Positions 40,956-50,761 of a stretch of DNA of 64,000 nucleotides are shown piece after piece. The stretch covers positions 32,901 to 96,900 of the forward strand of contig CASAUJ010000001.1 in the NCBI GenBank assembly GCA_949118805.1. The letters are read 5' to 3'. The first letter of the stretch is position 1. Every line of letters begins with the position of its first letter. This stretch comes from an uncultured Clostridia bacterium (GTDB lineage: Bacteria > Bacillota > Clostridia > TANB77 > CAG-508). The notes under the pieces are model-generated. The model was not told where the DNA came from and did not search any database. It saw only the letters and a program-made list of their open reading frames with translations. The translations under genes were made by a program, and so were the position numbers.

Positions 40956-43082
40956 TTAGTTTTCTTCTTTTAATTTTGTTTCCTGAAAATCTAACATACT
41001 TAAATTGATTCTTTCTTGGTCGTCTATACTGATTACTTTTACTGTAACTTTATCTCCTACATGTAGCACATCTTCAATATTTTTAATTCTCTCTTTTGCT
41101 ATTTTAGAAATGTGTAATAATCCTTCTTTTCCACCACAGCCTAAATCAACAAAAGCTCCAAAATTCATTAAACGAACAACTTCTCCATAGTAAATGCCAC
41201 CTACTTCTACTTCTCTTACAATATCTTCTACCATTTCCAAAGCTTGGATTGCTTTTTCATTATCATTTGAATAGATAAATACTTGTCCATCTTCTTCAAT
41301 ATCGATTTTTACACCAGTTTCTTCAATAATTTTATTAATTACTTTTCCCCCTGGTCCAATGACATCTTTTATTTTATCCACTTTAATTTGTGTACTTACA
41401 ATTCTTGGTGCATAAGGTGAAATTTCTTTTCTTGGTTCCTTAATTACAGGTGCCATAACTTCTTCTAATATATGTTGTCTTGCTTTTCTTGTTTTTTCAA
41501 AAGCTTCTTTAATAATGTCATAAGTTAAACCATCACACTTGATATCTACTTGGATAGCTGTAATTCCTTTTTCTGTTCCTCCCACTTTAAAGTCCATATC
41601 ACCAAAGAAATCTTCTAATCCTTGAATATCTACTAACATAACATAGTCATCATCATTATCTGGATTTGTTACTAAACCTGTTGAAATACCAGCTACTGGT
41701 CTTTTAATTGGTACTCCTGCTTCCATTAATGATAAAGTACTTCCACAAATACTTGCTTGTGAAGTAGAACCATTTGATGATAAAACTTCTGATACCACTC
41801 GAATGGCATAAGGAAATTCCTCTTTAGAAGGCAATACTGGTACAAGTGCTTTTTCTGCTAAAGCTCCATGTCCTATTTCTCTTCTTCCAGGTCCTCTACT
41901 TGGTCTTGCTTCACCTACTGAATAGCTTGGAAAATTATAATGGTGCATATAACGTTTTGATTCTTCTGTGTCAATTCCATCTAACACTTGTTCTTCACTA
42001 ATCATTCCAAGTGTTGCAATGGATAATACTTGTGTTTGTCCTCTTGTAAATAAAGCGCTTCCATGTACTCTTGGAAGCAATCCAACTTCACAAGATAATG
42101 GTCTTATTTCATCTAATTTTCTTCCATCTACTCTCTTATGTTCGAAATAAATCATTTCTCTGACACATTTTTTTTCTAATTTGTAAATGGCTTCACTGAT
42201 ATCTGCTTTGTGTTCTTCTAATGCTTCTTCTCCAAATTTTTCAAGATAAGCTTCTTCTATTTTTTGGGTTAAAATATCAATATTTTTGTCTCTTGTTTCT
42301 TTGTCCTCTTCTTGTACTTTTTCTTTCATTTCTTCTTTAAAGTTATTTTCTATAAATTCATAAATCTCATGATTTACTTCAAAAGATGGATACTCAAATT
42401 TTGCTTTTCCAATTTCTTTTTGTATTTTATGAATAAATTTACAAATTTTCTTGATTTCTTTATGTGCTTCTTTGATTGCTTTTAACATGATATCATCTGG
42501 AACTTCATTGGCTCCTGCTTCAATCATTGTAATTTTCTTTTCTGTTGCTGCAACAGTTAAAGTTAAATCACTTTTTTCTCTTTCTTCTACTGTTGGATTA
42601 ATAACAATTTTCCCCTCTACTAATCCTACATTTACAGCTGCTGTTGGTCCATTGAATGGAATATCAGAAATAGCTAATGCTGAAGCAGCTCCTATCATAG
42701 CTGCTACTTCTGGTGAGTTATCTTGCTCTACACAAAGAACAGTTCCTACTACTACTACATCATTTCTAAAATCTTTTGGAAATAATGGTCTTAAAGGACG
42801 ATCAATAGCTCTTGATGTTAAGATTGCTTTGTCTGTTGGTTTTCCTTCTCTTTTTAAGAATCCTCCTGGAATTTTTCCAACAGAATATAATTTTTCTTCA
42901 AAGTCTACTGATAAGGGAAAGAAATCAATTCCTTCTCTTGGTTCTTTGGAAGCTGTTACATTTACCAATACACAAGTATCTCCATAACGTACTAATACAC
43001 TTCCATTTGCTAAACCTGCCATTTTCCCTGTTTCAATTACAAGTTTTCTTCCTGCTAATTCTGTTTCATAAGTTTTAAACAT
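40956..43082 (-). CDS. pnp: Polyribonucleotide nucleotidyltransferase
   Basis: 708 aa with two RNase PH domains plus KH and S1. Starts MFKTYETELAGRKLVIETGKMA. Confidence 0.95.
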   Translation of the reverse strand: MFKTYETELAGRKLVIETGKMAGLANGSVLVRYGDTCVLVNVTASKEPREGIDFFPLSVDFEEKLYSVGKIPGGFLKREGKPTDKAILTSRAIDRPLRPLFPKDFRNDVVVVGTVLCVEQDNSPEVAAMIGAASALAISDIPFNGPTAAVNVGLVEGKIVINPTVEEREKSDLTLTVAATEKKITMIEAGANEVPDDIMLKAIKEAHKEIKKICKFIHKIQKEIGKAKFEYPSFEVNHEIYEFIENNFKEEMKEKVQEEDKETRDKNIDILTQKIEEAYLEKFGEEALEEHKADISEAIYKLEKKCVREMIYFEHKRVDGRKLDEIRPLSCEVGLLPRVHGSALFTRGQTQVLSIATLGMISEEQVLDGIDTEESKRYMHHYNFPSYSVGEARPSRGPGRREIGHGALAEKALVPVLPSKEEFPYAIRVVSEVLSSNGSTSQASICGSTLSLMEAGVPIKRPVAGISTGLVTNPDNDDDYVMLVDIQGLEDFFGDMDFKVGGTEKGITAIQVDIKCDGLTYDIIKEAFEKTRKARQHILEEVMAPVIKEPRKEISPYAPRIVSTQIKVDKIKDVIGPGGKVINKIIEETGVKIDIEEDGQVFIYSNDNEKAIQALEMVEDIVREVEVGGIYYGEVVRLMNFGAFVDLGCGGKEGLLHISKIAKERIKNIEDVLHVGDKVTVKVISIDDQERINLSMLDFQETKLKEEN

Positions 43083-43267
43083 AATATTTCCTCCTTTTTT
43101 TAAGCAAGTTTAGATTGTAACCTCTATCATAGATTGCTTTTTCGATTAAAGCATAATAAAACAATATATGATACAAGCTACCTACCTAAACTCTTGCTTG
43201 TTTTTTTGCACCTTTTAAAAATAGATTAACAAAAACCCATGCCAAATAAGCTATGGGCTTTCTATTC

Positions 43268-43531
43268 TTATTTTCTTAATCCTAATTTTTCAACAATTTC
43301 TCTATATCTGTTGATATCTTTTTTACTCAAATAGTTTAAAAGATTTCTTCTTTTTCCTACCATTTTTAAAAGACCTCTTCTAGAATGGTTGTCTTTTTTA
43401 TGGATTTTTAGATGTTCTGTTAATTCATTAATCCTTTCTGTTAAAAGAGCAATTTGTACTTCTGGTGAACCAGTATCATTTTCTTCTCTTTTATGAGTAT
43501 TAATAACTTCTTGTTTTCTTTCCTTTGTCAT
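43268..43531 (-). CDS. rpsO: 30S ribosomal protein S15
   Basis: Start chosen at [10 protein letters not shown]..., after the GGAGAA RBS. Contains [36 protein letters not shown]. Confidence 0.9.
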   Translation of the reverse strand: MTKERKQEVINTHKREENDTGSPEVQIALLTERINELTEHLKIHKKDNHSRRGLLKMVGKRRNLLNYLSKKDINRYREIVEKLGLRK

Positions 43532-43864
43532 TGTTTTTTTCTCCTTTCTCAAGGCTCTTATTAATTTGAAAAAGTTTTTTTCATAAAATTCCTTTTTCAA
43601 ATTTACACCTTTTATTTTTTCTAAACCTTTAACTGAGCTTAAAGTTTTGGTGCTCTTCTGAAAGCTAAGTAAAAGGTATGTCTTTTTTGACATACCTAGT
43701 ATACTATATTTTAAAATAAATTTCAAGTGTTTTTCTATTTTCTATTTCTTTTTTTTATTTTTTATAATATAATTTCTATATCATATAAATGTAATTACAT
43801 TTATATTCCACATTCTTTTTAAGAGATTGTTCTAAAATATCTCTTAAGAAAGGAAGTATAAAAT

Positions 43865-44737
43865 ATGAAAAAAATCTTATTCAAAGGCTGTGGAACAGCT
43901 ATCTGTACACCTTTTGATGAAAACGGTGTTAACTTAAAAGAATTTGAAAAACTAGTAGAAGATCAAATTCAAAATCAAGTAGATGCAATCATTGTTTGTG
44001 GTACAACAGGAGAAGCTTCTACCATGACAACAGAAGAAAAACTTGCTACTATTAAATGTGCTGTCCAAACTTCTCATGGTAGAATTCCCATTATTGCAGG
44101 TACAGGAGGAAATAATACCAAACAAGTAATTACCTATTCTAAAGAAGTCGAGGCTTTAGGAGTAGATGGACTTTTAATTGTTACACCTTATTACAACAAA
44201 TGTACACAAAATGGTTTAATTGCACATTATCAAGAAATTGCTAAAAATGTTTCTTTACCAATTATTCTTTATAGTGTCCCTAGTAGAACAGGTGTCAACA
44301 TAGAACCTCAAACTTGTTTAGAACTTTCAAAAATTGAAAATATTGTTGCCATCAAGGAAGCTAGTGGAAATTTATCACAAGTAGCCGAAATAGCACATTT
44401 ATGTGGAGATGATCTATTTATTTATTCTGGTAATGATGATCAAGTTCTCCCTATTCTTTCACTTGGTGGAATTGGTGTTATTTCCGTTTTATCAAATGTA
44501 AAACCACAATATACACATGATATGGTACAAAACTTTTTAGAAGGAAACATAGCAACTGCAATAAAAATGCAATTAGATGCCATCCCTCTCATCAATGCTC
44601 TATTTAGTGAAGTAAACCCTATTCCTGTAAAAGCTGCTTTAAATATATTAGGTTATCAATTTGGCATTCCTAGATTACCACTAACTAAGATAAGCCCAGA
44701 AAAAGAAAAAATATTAAAAAATAGATTAGAAAATTAA
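43865..44737 (+). CDS. dapA: 4-hydroxy-tetrahydrodipicolinate synthase
   Basis: 290 aa with GTAICTPF...CGTTGEASTMT...TPYYNK...AIKEASGN. Confidence 0.9.
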   Translation: MKKILFKGCGTAICTPFDENGVNLKEFEKLVEDQIQNQVDAIIVCGTTGEASTMTTEEKLATIKCAVQTSHGRIPIIAGTGGNNTKQVITYSKEVEALGVDGLLIVTPYYNKCTQNGLIAHYQEIAKNVSLPIILYSVPSRTGVNIEPQTCLELSKIENIVAIKEASGNLSQVAEIAHLCGDDLFIYSGNDDQVLPILSLGGIGVISVLSNVKPQYTHDMVQNFLEGNIATAIKMQLDAIPLINALFSEVNPIPVKAALNILGYQFGIPRLPLTKISPEKEKILKNRLEN

Positions 44738-44744
44738 AAAATCA

Positions 44745-44880
44745 GAGAGGGGGATTCAAGGGACGTTCCTTTAAATCCCCAAAATAGGGATTAAAGGGAC
44801 AGTCTTTAATTAAAAAAAGGATAAAAGAGTGTCTCCTAAATCCTCAAAAATGGGATTTAAAGGAACGTCCCTCTAATTCT
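44745..44880. repeat. Repeat family B cluster (palindromic GGGGATT..AAGGGACGTTCCTT..AAATCCCC units)
   Basis: A full palindrome lies at 44749-44780 (gggggattcaagggacgttcctttaaatcccc). Degenerate copies lie at about 44786-44810 and 44852-44873 (gggatttaaaggaacgtccctc). The cluster fills the dapA-dapB spacer. Confidence 0.6.
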
Positions 44881-44897
44881 CTCAGAAAGGAAAAATT

Positions 44898-45668
44898 ATG
44901 ATAGAAGTAATGGTTAATGGATGTAGCGGAAAAATGGGACAAATTGTTTGTGATTTGATAGAACAAAGTAGTGAATTTATTTTAAAGAGTGGATTTGATC
45001 GAACGGTAACTGGTGAATTTGCTTTTCCTGTTTTTGATAAGATTGAAAATATTACAGAAAAATCTGATGTCATTATTGATTTTTCTGTACCTGTTGCTAC
45101 ATTTCGTATTTTGGATTATGCTGTTCAAAATTCTATTCCAGTTGTGATCGCTACCACTGGATTTTCAAAAGAAGAGGAAAAAAAGATCGAATCTTATAGT
45201 AAACAAATTCCTATTTTTAAATCTGCTAATATGTCTTATGATATTATGATTATGAAAAAGTTAGTACAATGGCTCGCTCCTTTATTAAAAGATACCAATA
45301 TTGAAATAACTGAAACACATCACAATCGTAAGATAGATAGTCCAAGCGGAACTGCGCAAATGCTTGCTGATACAATTAATACTTCTCTTGGGCATCAACT
45401 TTATTGTGAATATAATAGACATGATAAACGTGAAAAAAGAAATAAAAATGAAATTGGTATGAACTCCATTCGTGGTGGAAATATTGTTGGAGAGCATTCT
45501 GTTCAATTTTTTGGAGAATTTGAAACTTTTGAAGTTAAACACACATCTTATTCTCGTAATGTCTTTGCAGAAGGAGCTTTAAAAGCTGCCAAGTTTATCC
45601 TAAATAAATCAAATGGACTTTACTGTATGGAAGACATGTGCAATGGGGACGTTTCTTTTTTCACATGA
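44898..45668 (+). CDS. dapB: 4-hydroxy-tetrahydrodipicolinate reductase
   Basis: 256 aa with ...EITETHHNRKIDSPSGTA...IRGGNIVGEH. The last 10 codons and the stop lie inside a repeat-A arm. Confidence 0.85.
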   Translation: MIEVMVNGCSGKMGQIVCDLIEQSSEFILKSGFDRTVTGEFAFPVFDKIENITEKSDVIIDFSVPVATFRILDYAVQNSIPVVIATTGFSKEEEKKIESYSKQIPIFKSANMSYDIMIMKKLVQWLAPLLKDTNIEITETHHNRKIDSPSGTAQMLADTINTSLGHQLYCEYNRHDKREKRNKNEIGMNSIRGGNIVGEHSVQFFGEFETFEVKHTSYSRNVFAEGALKAAKFILNKSNGLYCMEDMCNGDVSFFT

Positions 45669-45760
45669 GAAAAAATATAAATAAAAAAGCTGTTATTTTT
45701 ATAGTAACAGCTCTTTTTATTAAATTCTCATGTAAAAAAAGAAACGTCCCCATTGCACAT
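45636..45760. repeat. Repeat family A, complete element (second copy)
   Basis: Left arm is atgtgcaatggggacgtttcttttttcacatg. Right arm is catgtaaaaaaagaaacgtccccattgcacat (45729-45760). The centre is agctgtta..taacagct followed by a T-run. Confidence 0.85.
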
Positions 45761-45784
45761 AAAAAGGAAACGCTTCATTTTACA

Positions 45785-46390
45785 TTATTCTTTTTCTTCT
45801 TTTACTTCTTCTACTGGTTCTTCCTTCACTGTATCTACTGTTTCTTGCACAGTAACTTCTTGTGTTTCAATTGCTGGCGCTTCTTCTGGTGCCTCTTCTA
45901 CTTTTGATTCTTCTTTCTTTTCTTCTACTGCTGGTGTCTCTGCAACAACATTTTCTACCACTTCTGTTGTTTCTTCTTTTTCTTCTACTACTGGTTCTTC
46001 CTCCACTAAGTCTTCTTTGATAATAATTTCTCTATCTTCAATTCTTGCTCCTATTTGTTCTTTAGTTTTTGCAGATTTACCAACTCTATCTCTTAAATAG
46101 AATAATCTAGCTCTTCTTGCTTTACCAACTCTTACTAATTCTACTTTTTCCACTAATGGTGAATGAACTAAAAATGTTTTTTCAACGCCTACTCCATAAG
46201 AAATTTTTCTTACTGTAAATGTTTGATTTACTCCTCCACCTTGTACTTTAATGATAATTCCTTCGAATACTTGGATTCTTTCTTTATTTCCTTCTTTTAT
46301 TCTTACGTGTACTTTAACAGTATTACCAACTTTTAATTCTGGTATTTTGTTTTTTAATTGTTCATGTTCAATAGATTTTATAATATCCAT
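45785..46390 (-). CDS. rplS: 50S ribosomal protein L19 with an acidic C-terminal extension of about 85 aa
   Basis: The N-terminal ~115 aa is canonical L19 ([40 protein letters not shown]...). An E/V/T-rich tail follows. Confidence 0.85.
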   Translation of the reverse strand: MDIIKSIEHEQLKNKIPELKVGNTVKVHVRIKEGNKERIQVFEGIIIKVQGGGVNQTFTVRKISYGVGVEKTFLVHSPLVEKVELVRVGKARRARLFYLRDRVGKSAKTKEQIGARIEDREIIIKEDLVEEEPVVEEKEETTEVVENVVAETPAVEEKKEESKVEEAPEEAPAIETQEVTVQETVDTVKEEPVEEVKEEKE

Positions 46391-46432
46391 TTTTGAATTC
46401 CCTCCTTCTTTCCATTTACGAGCGGTGCTTGT

Positions 46433-47128
46433 TTAGCACTTCGTTTCTTTATTTTTCCATAAATCTGGTCGTTTTTTCTTTGTTATTTCCTCAGATTTTT
46501 CTTTTCGCCATTTTTTTATCTTCTCATGGTGTCCAGATAATAATACTTCTGGAACTGTTTCTCCTTCAAAGATTTCTGGACGTGTGTATTGTGGATATTC
46601 CAAAAGTCCACTTGAAAAACTTTCCTCTTGGATAGAATCTTTACTTAAAACTCCATCTACATATCTGCTAACACTATCAATTAGTACCATGGCAGGAATC
46701 TCTCCACCAGTTAATATATAATCTCCTATGGATATTTCTTCCCCCACAATTTTATCTAATACTCTCTGATCGATTCCTTCATAGTGTCCACATAATAAAA
46801 TCAGATGACTTTCTTGGCTTAATTCTTCCACTTTTTTTTGGTTTAATGTTTTTCCCTGTGGTGATAGATAAATCACTTTTGCTTGATCCTTTTGGATGGA
46901 TTGATAAGCTTTATATACCACATCTGGTTTCATAACCATACCAGCTCCACCCCCATAAGGTGTATCATCTACTTTTTTGTGTTTATCTTGGGAAAAATCT
47001 CTCATATTAATGAGATTAATATGAATCTTTTCTTTTTCAAGTGCTTTCCCTATTATACTTGTCTTTAATGAATCAAACATTTCTGGAAAAAGTGTCAATA
47101 CATCAAATTTTATCATCTTTTCTATCAA
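46433..47128 (-). CDS. trmD: tRNA (guanine37-N1)-methyltransferase
   Basis: Contains KFDVLTLFPEMF...YGGGAGMVMKP...CGHYEGIDQRV. The start may be TTG at 47128 or ATG at 47116. Confidence 0.9.
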   Translation of the reverse strand: MIEKMIKFDVLTLFPEMFDSLKTSIIGKALEKEKIHINLINMRDFSQDKHKKVDDTPYGGGAGMVMKPDVVYKAYQSIQKDQAKVIYLSPQGKTLNQKKVEELSQESHLILLCGHYEGIDQRVLDKIVGEEISIGDYILTGGEIPAMVLIDSVSRYVDGVLSKDSIQEESFSSGLLEYPQYTRPEIFEGETVPEVLLSGHHEKIKKWRKEKSEEITKKKRPDLWKNKETKC

Positions 47129-47145
47129 CCCCCACTAATTTTGCA

Positions 47146-47652
47146 TTACATCAAACCAGCTATTAAATGAACGGTTATTTTTCCTTCTTCCAAATTTATT
47201 TCTTTTAAAACTTCTGGTATTCCTGGTAAAAGAACTTGTTTTCCCAATTCATCTTTTACTACATATACATCATTACTTCCTGTATTAAAGATATCATCTA
47301 CTTTTCCTAATAATTGTCCTTCGTCCGTAAAAACTTCTAACCCTAATAAATCTACAATATAGTAAACCCCTTCTTCTAAAGGTTCTTCCTTTTCTCGATC
47401 TACCAACAAATAACTTTGTCGCAGAAGTTCAGCCTCCTCCATGGTATTAATATCCCTTAATTTCATCAATACCATATTTTTATGATATTTTACTTCTTGG
47501 ACTTCATATTCTTTTCTTCCACTTTTATTTTCAATGTATATGGTTTCTAATTTGTCAAATCGTTTGATATCATCTGTAAATGGCTTCACCTTCACCATTC
47601 CTTTAATTCCAAATGTATTCACAATTTGCCCTATTTCAAGATACTTTGTCAT
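47146..47652 (-). CDS. rimM: 16S rRNA processing protein RimM
   Basis: 168 aa with LEIGQIVNTFGIKGMVKVKPFTD...YYIVDLLGLEV. Confidence 0.85.
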   Translation of the reverse strand: MTKYLEIGQIVNTFGIKGMVKVKPFTDDIKRFDKLETIYIENKSGRKEYEVQEVKYHKNMVLMKLRDINTMEEAELLRQSYLLVDREKEEPLEEGVYYIVDLLGLEVFTDEGQLLGKVDDIFNTGSNDVYVVKDELGKQVLLPGIPEVLKEINLEEGKITVHLIAGLM

Positions 47653-47666
47653 ATCATAAACTCCAA

Positions 47667-47897
47667 TTATCCAATAAATTCAACTGAAACTTTTTTTTGT
47701 TCTTTTGTTGCAACCGCTTTCATGACAGTTCGAATGGATTTCGCAAGTCTTCCTTGTTTTCCAATAATTCTTCCCATATCCCCATCTGCTACTTTCACTT
47801 CATAAACAATGGATTTTTCACCTTCTAATTCTTTGATTTCAACTGCTTCTTTATTGTCTACTAAGTTTAAAATAATTATTTCTAAGATATCTTTCAT
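47667..47897 (-). CDS. ylqC: KH-domain RNA-binding protein (YlqC family)
   Basis: 76 aa with ...VKVADGDMGRIIGKQGRLAKSIRTV, between rpsP and rimM. Confidence 0.8.
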   Translation of the reverse strand: MKDILEIIILNLVDNKEAVEIKELEGEKSIVYEVKVADGDMGRIIGKQGRLAKSIRTVMKAVATKEQKKVSVEFIG

Positions 47898-47948
47898 CTT
47901 TTAAGTTCCTCCACTTCATTTAGCGAAATCTTTATACTGCATTAAATC

Positions 47949-48179
47949 TTATGCATTTTCGATTAGTGCTTTTACAGTATCTGTTGGTTTTGCACCATTT
48001 TTCATCCATTTTTCAACTTTTTCTTTATCTAAAACAATAGTTGCTGGACTTGTCATTGGATCATAAGTTCCTAATTGCTCGATTATTTTACCATCTCTTG
48101 GGCTTCTTGAGTCTGCTACTACAATATGATAAAATGGAGCTTTCTTCTTTCCTTGTCTTTGTAATCTGATTTTTACCAT
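47949..48179 (-). CDS. rpsP: 30S ribosomal protein S16
   Basis: Start chosen at [31 protein letters not shown], after GGAGGTG. The ORF track extends to 48206. Confidence 0.9.
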   Translation of the reverse strand: MVKIRLQRQGKKKAPFYHIVVADSRSPRDGKIIEQLGTYDPMTSPATIVLDKEKVEKWMKNGAKPTDTVKALIENA

Positions 48180-48208
48180 TTTTTTCACCTCCACATAATT
48201 TTTCAAGT

Positions 48209-48239
48209 GGGGATTTTAAGGAACGTCCCTTAAATCCCC
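48209..48239. repeat. Repeat family B palindrome (single copy)
   Basis: ggggattttaaggaacgtcccttaaatcccc, in the ffh-rpsP spacer about 30 nt upstream of the rpsP start. Confidence 0.6.
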
Positions 48240-48274
48240 TCCTTTTTCTATAAATTTAAAAACTTAATAACAAA

Positions 48275-49627
48275 TTAAAATTTAAAATTCTTCAAGGCTT
48301 TTTCGTCTATTCCATTTAACATTTTTCTCATACCGCCTTTATTATTTTTCATTTGTTTCATCATTTTTTGTGTCATTTCAAAAGATTTCATAAATTTATT
48401 AATATCTTGCACCGTGGTTCCACTTCCTTTTGCAATACGCTGTCTACGACTTGCATTTAAAAGCTTTGTATCTCTTTTTTCTTGTTTTGTCATAGAACAA
48501 ATAATGGCTTCTATTTTTTCAAATTCTTTATCATCCACTTTTAAATCTTTAATTTGATTCATTCCTGGTATCATTTTTAACAAAGACGAAAAAGAACCCA
48601 TTTTTTTTACTTGTCTTAATTGTGCTAAATAATCATCTAAATCTAATTCTTTTTTCTTAAATTGCTTTTCTAATTTTTCTGCTTCTTCTAAGTCAAAGGC
48701 TTCTTCTGCTTTTTCTATTACAGATAAGATATCTCCCATTCCTAAAATTCTACTTGCCATTCTTTCTGGATGAAATACTTCGATATCACTTAATTTTTCT
48801 CCTGTGGCTGCAAATTTAATCGGACATTGTGTTACTTTCTTTACCGATAAAGCAGCACCTCCTCTTGTATCTCCATCTAATTTTGTCAATACCACACCAT
48901 CAATCCCTAATGTTTCTTTGAACTTTTCTGCTACATTTACAGCATCTTGTCCTGTCATACTATCTACTACTAATAATATTTCATGTGGTTTAATCTGCAT
49001 TTTTAAGTTTTTCAATTCTTCCATTAAAGCTTCATCGATGTGTAAGCGTCCTGCTGTATCTAAAAAAATAACATCATTTAATTTAGAAATAGCTGTTGAC
49101 ATGGCTTGTTTGGCGATATGTACTACATCTTTTGAGCTTTCATTTGCAAACACTGGAATATTTAGCTGTTTTCCTACTACTTGCAATTGTTTAATTGCTG
49201 CTGGACGATAAATATCACAAGCTACTAATAATGGATTTTTACCTTGCTTTCTTAGTAAATTAGCAAGTTTTCCAGTGGTTGTCGTTTTTCCTGAACCTTG
49301 TAATCCCACCAACATAATAACCGTAGGTGGATTGGGTGTAAAATTAACTCTGCTTTCTGTTCCTCCTAGCAATTCTATCAATTCATCTTTTACTATTTTT
49401 ATGACTTGTTGACCTGGTGTTAATGATTTTAACACATCTTGCCCAAGTGCTTTTTCTTGAATGGTGGCAATAAAATCTTTTACAATTTTATAATTAACAT
49501 CTGCTTCTAAAAGGGCAAGTTTTACTTCTCTTAACATTTCTTTTAAATCAGATTCTGTAATTCTTGCTTTTCCTCTAATTTTTCTTGTGATTTCTTGTAA
49601 CCTAGAAGATAATCCTTCAAAAGCCAT
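48275..49627 (-). CDS. ffh: Signal recognition particle protein Ffh
   Basis: 450 aa with the NG domain motif GLQGSGKTTTTGKLA, DTAGRL, and a Met-rich M domain. Confidence 0.95.
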   Translation of the reverse strand: MAFEGLSSRLQEITRKIRGKARITESDLKEMLREVKLALLEADVNYKIVKDFIATIQEKALGQDVLKSLTPGQQVIKIVKDELIELLGGTESRVNFTPNPPTVIMLVGLQGSGKTTTTGKLANLLRKQGKNPLLVACDIYRPAAIKQLQVVGKQLNIPVFANESSKDVVHIAKQAMSTAISKLNDVIFLDTAGRLHIDEALMEELKNLKMQIKPHEILLVVDSMTGQDAVNVAEKFKETLGIDGVVLTKLDGDTRGGAALSVKKVTQCPIKFAATGEKLSDIEVFHPERMASRILGMGDILSVIEKAEEAFDLEEAEKLEKQFKKKELDLDDYLAQLRQVKKMGSFSSLLKMIPGMNQIKDLKVDDKEFEKIEAIICSMTKQEKRDTKLLNASRRQRIAKGSGTTVQDINKFMKSFEMTQKMMKQMKNNKGGMRKMLNGIDEKALKNFKF

Positions 49628-49645
49628 GTTCTCTCCACTCCCTTC

Positions 49646-49996
49646 CTACACTTCCAAATTTTGTAGTTCTTTTCTAATGTTTTTTATTTTCTCTATCTTT
49701 TCCTGATCAAAATTCATGTTAGAAATCTTGTCTAATTCTTCTATCACTTTTTGAATTTGTTTTTCTTTTCTTTCTGCTTTTTTCATTAAATGTAATTTCC
49801 CCTCATATTCAAAAAGTTTTTTCTCCCCTTTTTTTAAAATATCTCTAACTGCCTGTCTTGTTATTTTATTATTTTCTGCTATTTCTGATAAAGATAGATC
49901 ACGATTATAATAATCTTCTATGATTTCATATTGCTTGTTTGTTAATAACTTTCCGTAAAATTCGTTTAGTACACTTATTTTTACGTTTTTTTCCAC
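49646..49996 (-). CDS. ylxM: YlxM/UPF0122 helix-turn-helix protein
   Basis: 116 aa with ...LTNKQYEIIEDYYNRDLSLSEIAENNKITRQAVRDILKK, directly upstream of ffh. Confidence 0.8.
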   Translation of the reverse strand: MEKNVKISVLNEFYGKLLTNKQYEIIEDYYNRDLSLSEIAENNKITRQAVRDILKKGEKKLFEYEGKLHLMKKAERKEKQIQKVIEELDKISNMNFDQEKIEKIKNIRKELQNLEV

Positions 49997-50114
49997 AGTT
50001 ATTCCCTCTTTTCATTTTGTAATGCTAATATACTTTACACCATTTTTTTAGTTTTGTCAAGAGTTTTCACAAAAATTCTCCATTCTTAAATGATAGAATG
50101 GAGATTCTCTTCTT

Positions 50115-50690
50115 TTAAATTTCTTTTATTTTTCGATAAATATCATACCAACTAAAAACACGGGTTATATTTTCGCCTTTCAAATCTCTATTATAACGAT
50201 TATCAAAACACAATACTTTTGTAAGTTTTGCTACTGCTGGTACTACCTCTGGGCTATCATCAATCATAAGATCAATTTGTTTTTCCTTTATTTCTTTTTC
50301 TTTTGGAGAACGAGCAAAACAAATTTCATCATAACAAATATGATTTTTATTTAACCAATGAATTGTATCTTTTCTCATTTTTTCTCCAATATCAGATTCT
50401 TCCTGTGTTTTATATCTTGCTGTAATGATAATAATCTTATTGCCTTCTTGATGTAATTTTTCAATAATTTCTGAAGCAAAATTTCGAATTGGTGCATTTT
50501 TAATATACTCAAAAAAGTATTTTTGTCGGTAATCGTCTTTTACTTCTTTTGTCCAATGACCTTTTTCTTCATATGCATAAGGATCCTCTAAATCTGGCAA
50601 GTGATTTTCATAACAATATTTTGTTTTATGATCTAGGATATAGGTATCATCATCAATTAATACCCCATCCATATCAATTCCTATATTCAT
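50115..50690 (-). CDS. HAD-superfamily nucleotidase-like protein (NT5C-like)
   Basis: 191 aa with MNIGIDMDGVLID (DxDG motif I), IIITAR, and DDSPEV. Confidence 0.6.
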   Translation of the reverse strand: MNIGIDMDGVLIDDDTYILDHKTKYCYENHLPDLEDPYAYEEKGHWTKEVKDDYRQKYFFEYIKNAPIRNFASEIIEKLHQEGNKIIIITARYKTQEESDIGEKMRKDTIHWLNKNHICYDEICFARSPKEKEIKEKQIDLMIDDSPEVVPAVAKLTKVLCFDNRYNRDLKGENITRVFSWYDIYRKIKEI

Positions 50691-50761
50691 TTTTCCTCCT
50701 TAAAGAAATTTAAGAATTGTTAAATGAATTCTCACTTAACAATTCTTAAATTGTACTTTTC

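Noticed and set aside
43532-43726. The 65-codon N-terminal extension of the rpsO ORF (similar extensions occur for rpsP, era, the WG-repeat gene and the histidine kinase).
   Set aside because: Internal Met codons with good Shine-Dalgarno sequences give canonical protein N-termini. The extensions have no homology-like features.
43740-43864. A lysine riboswitch (L-box) upstream of dapA.
   Set aside because: The region is too short and too AT-rich, and it lacks the conserved G-rich L-box helices. Only simple palindromes are visible.
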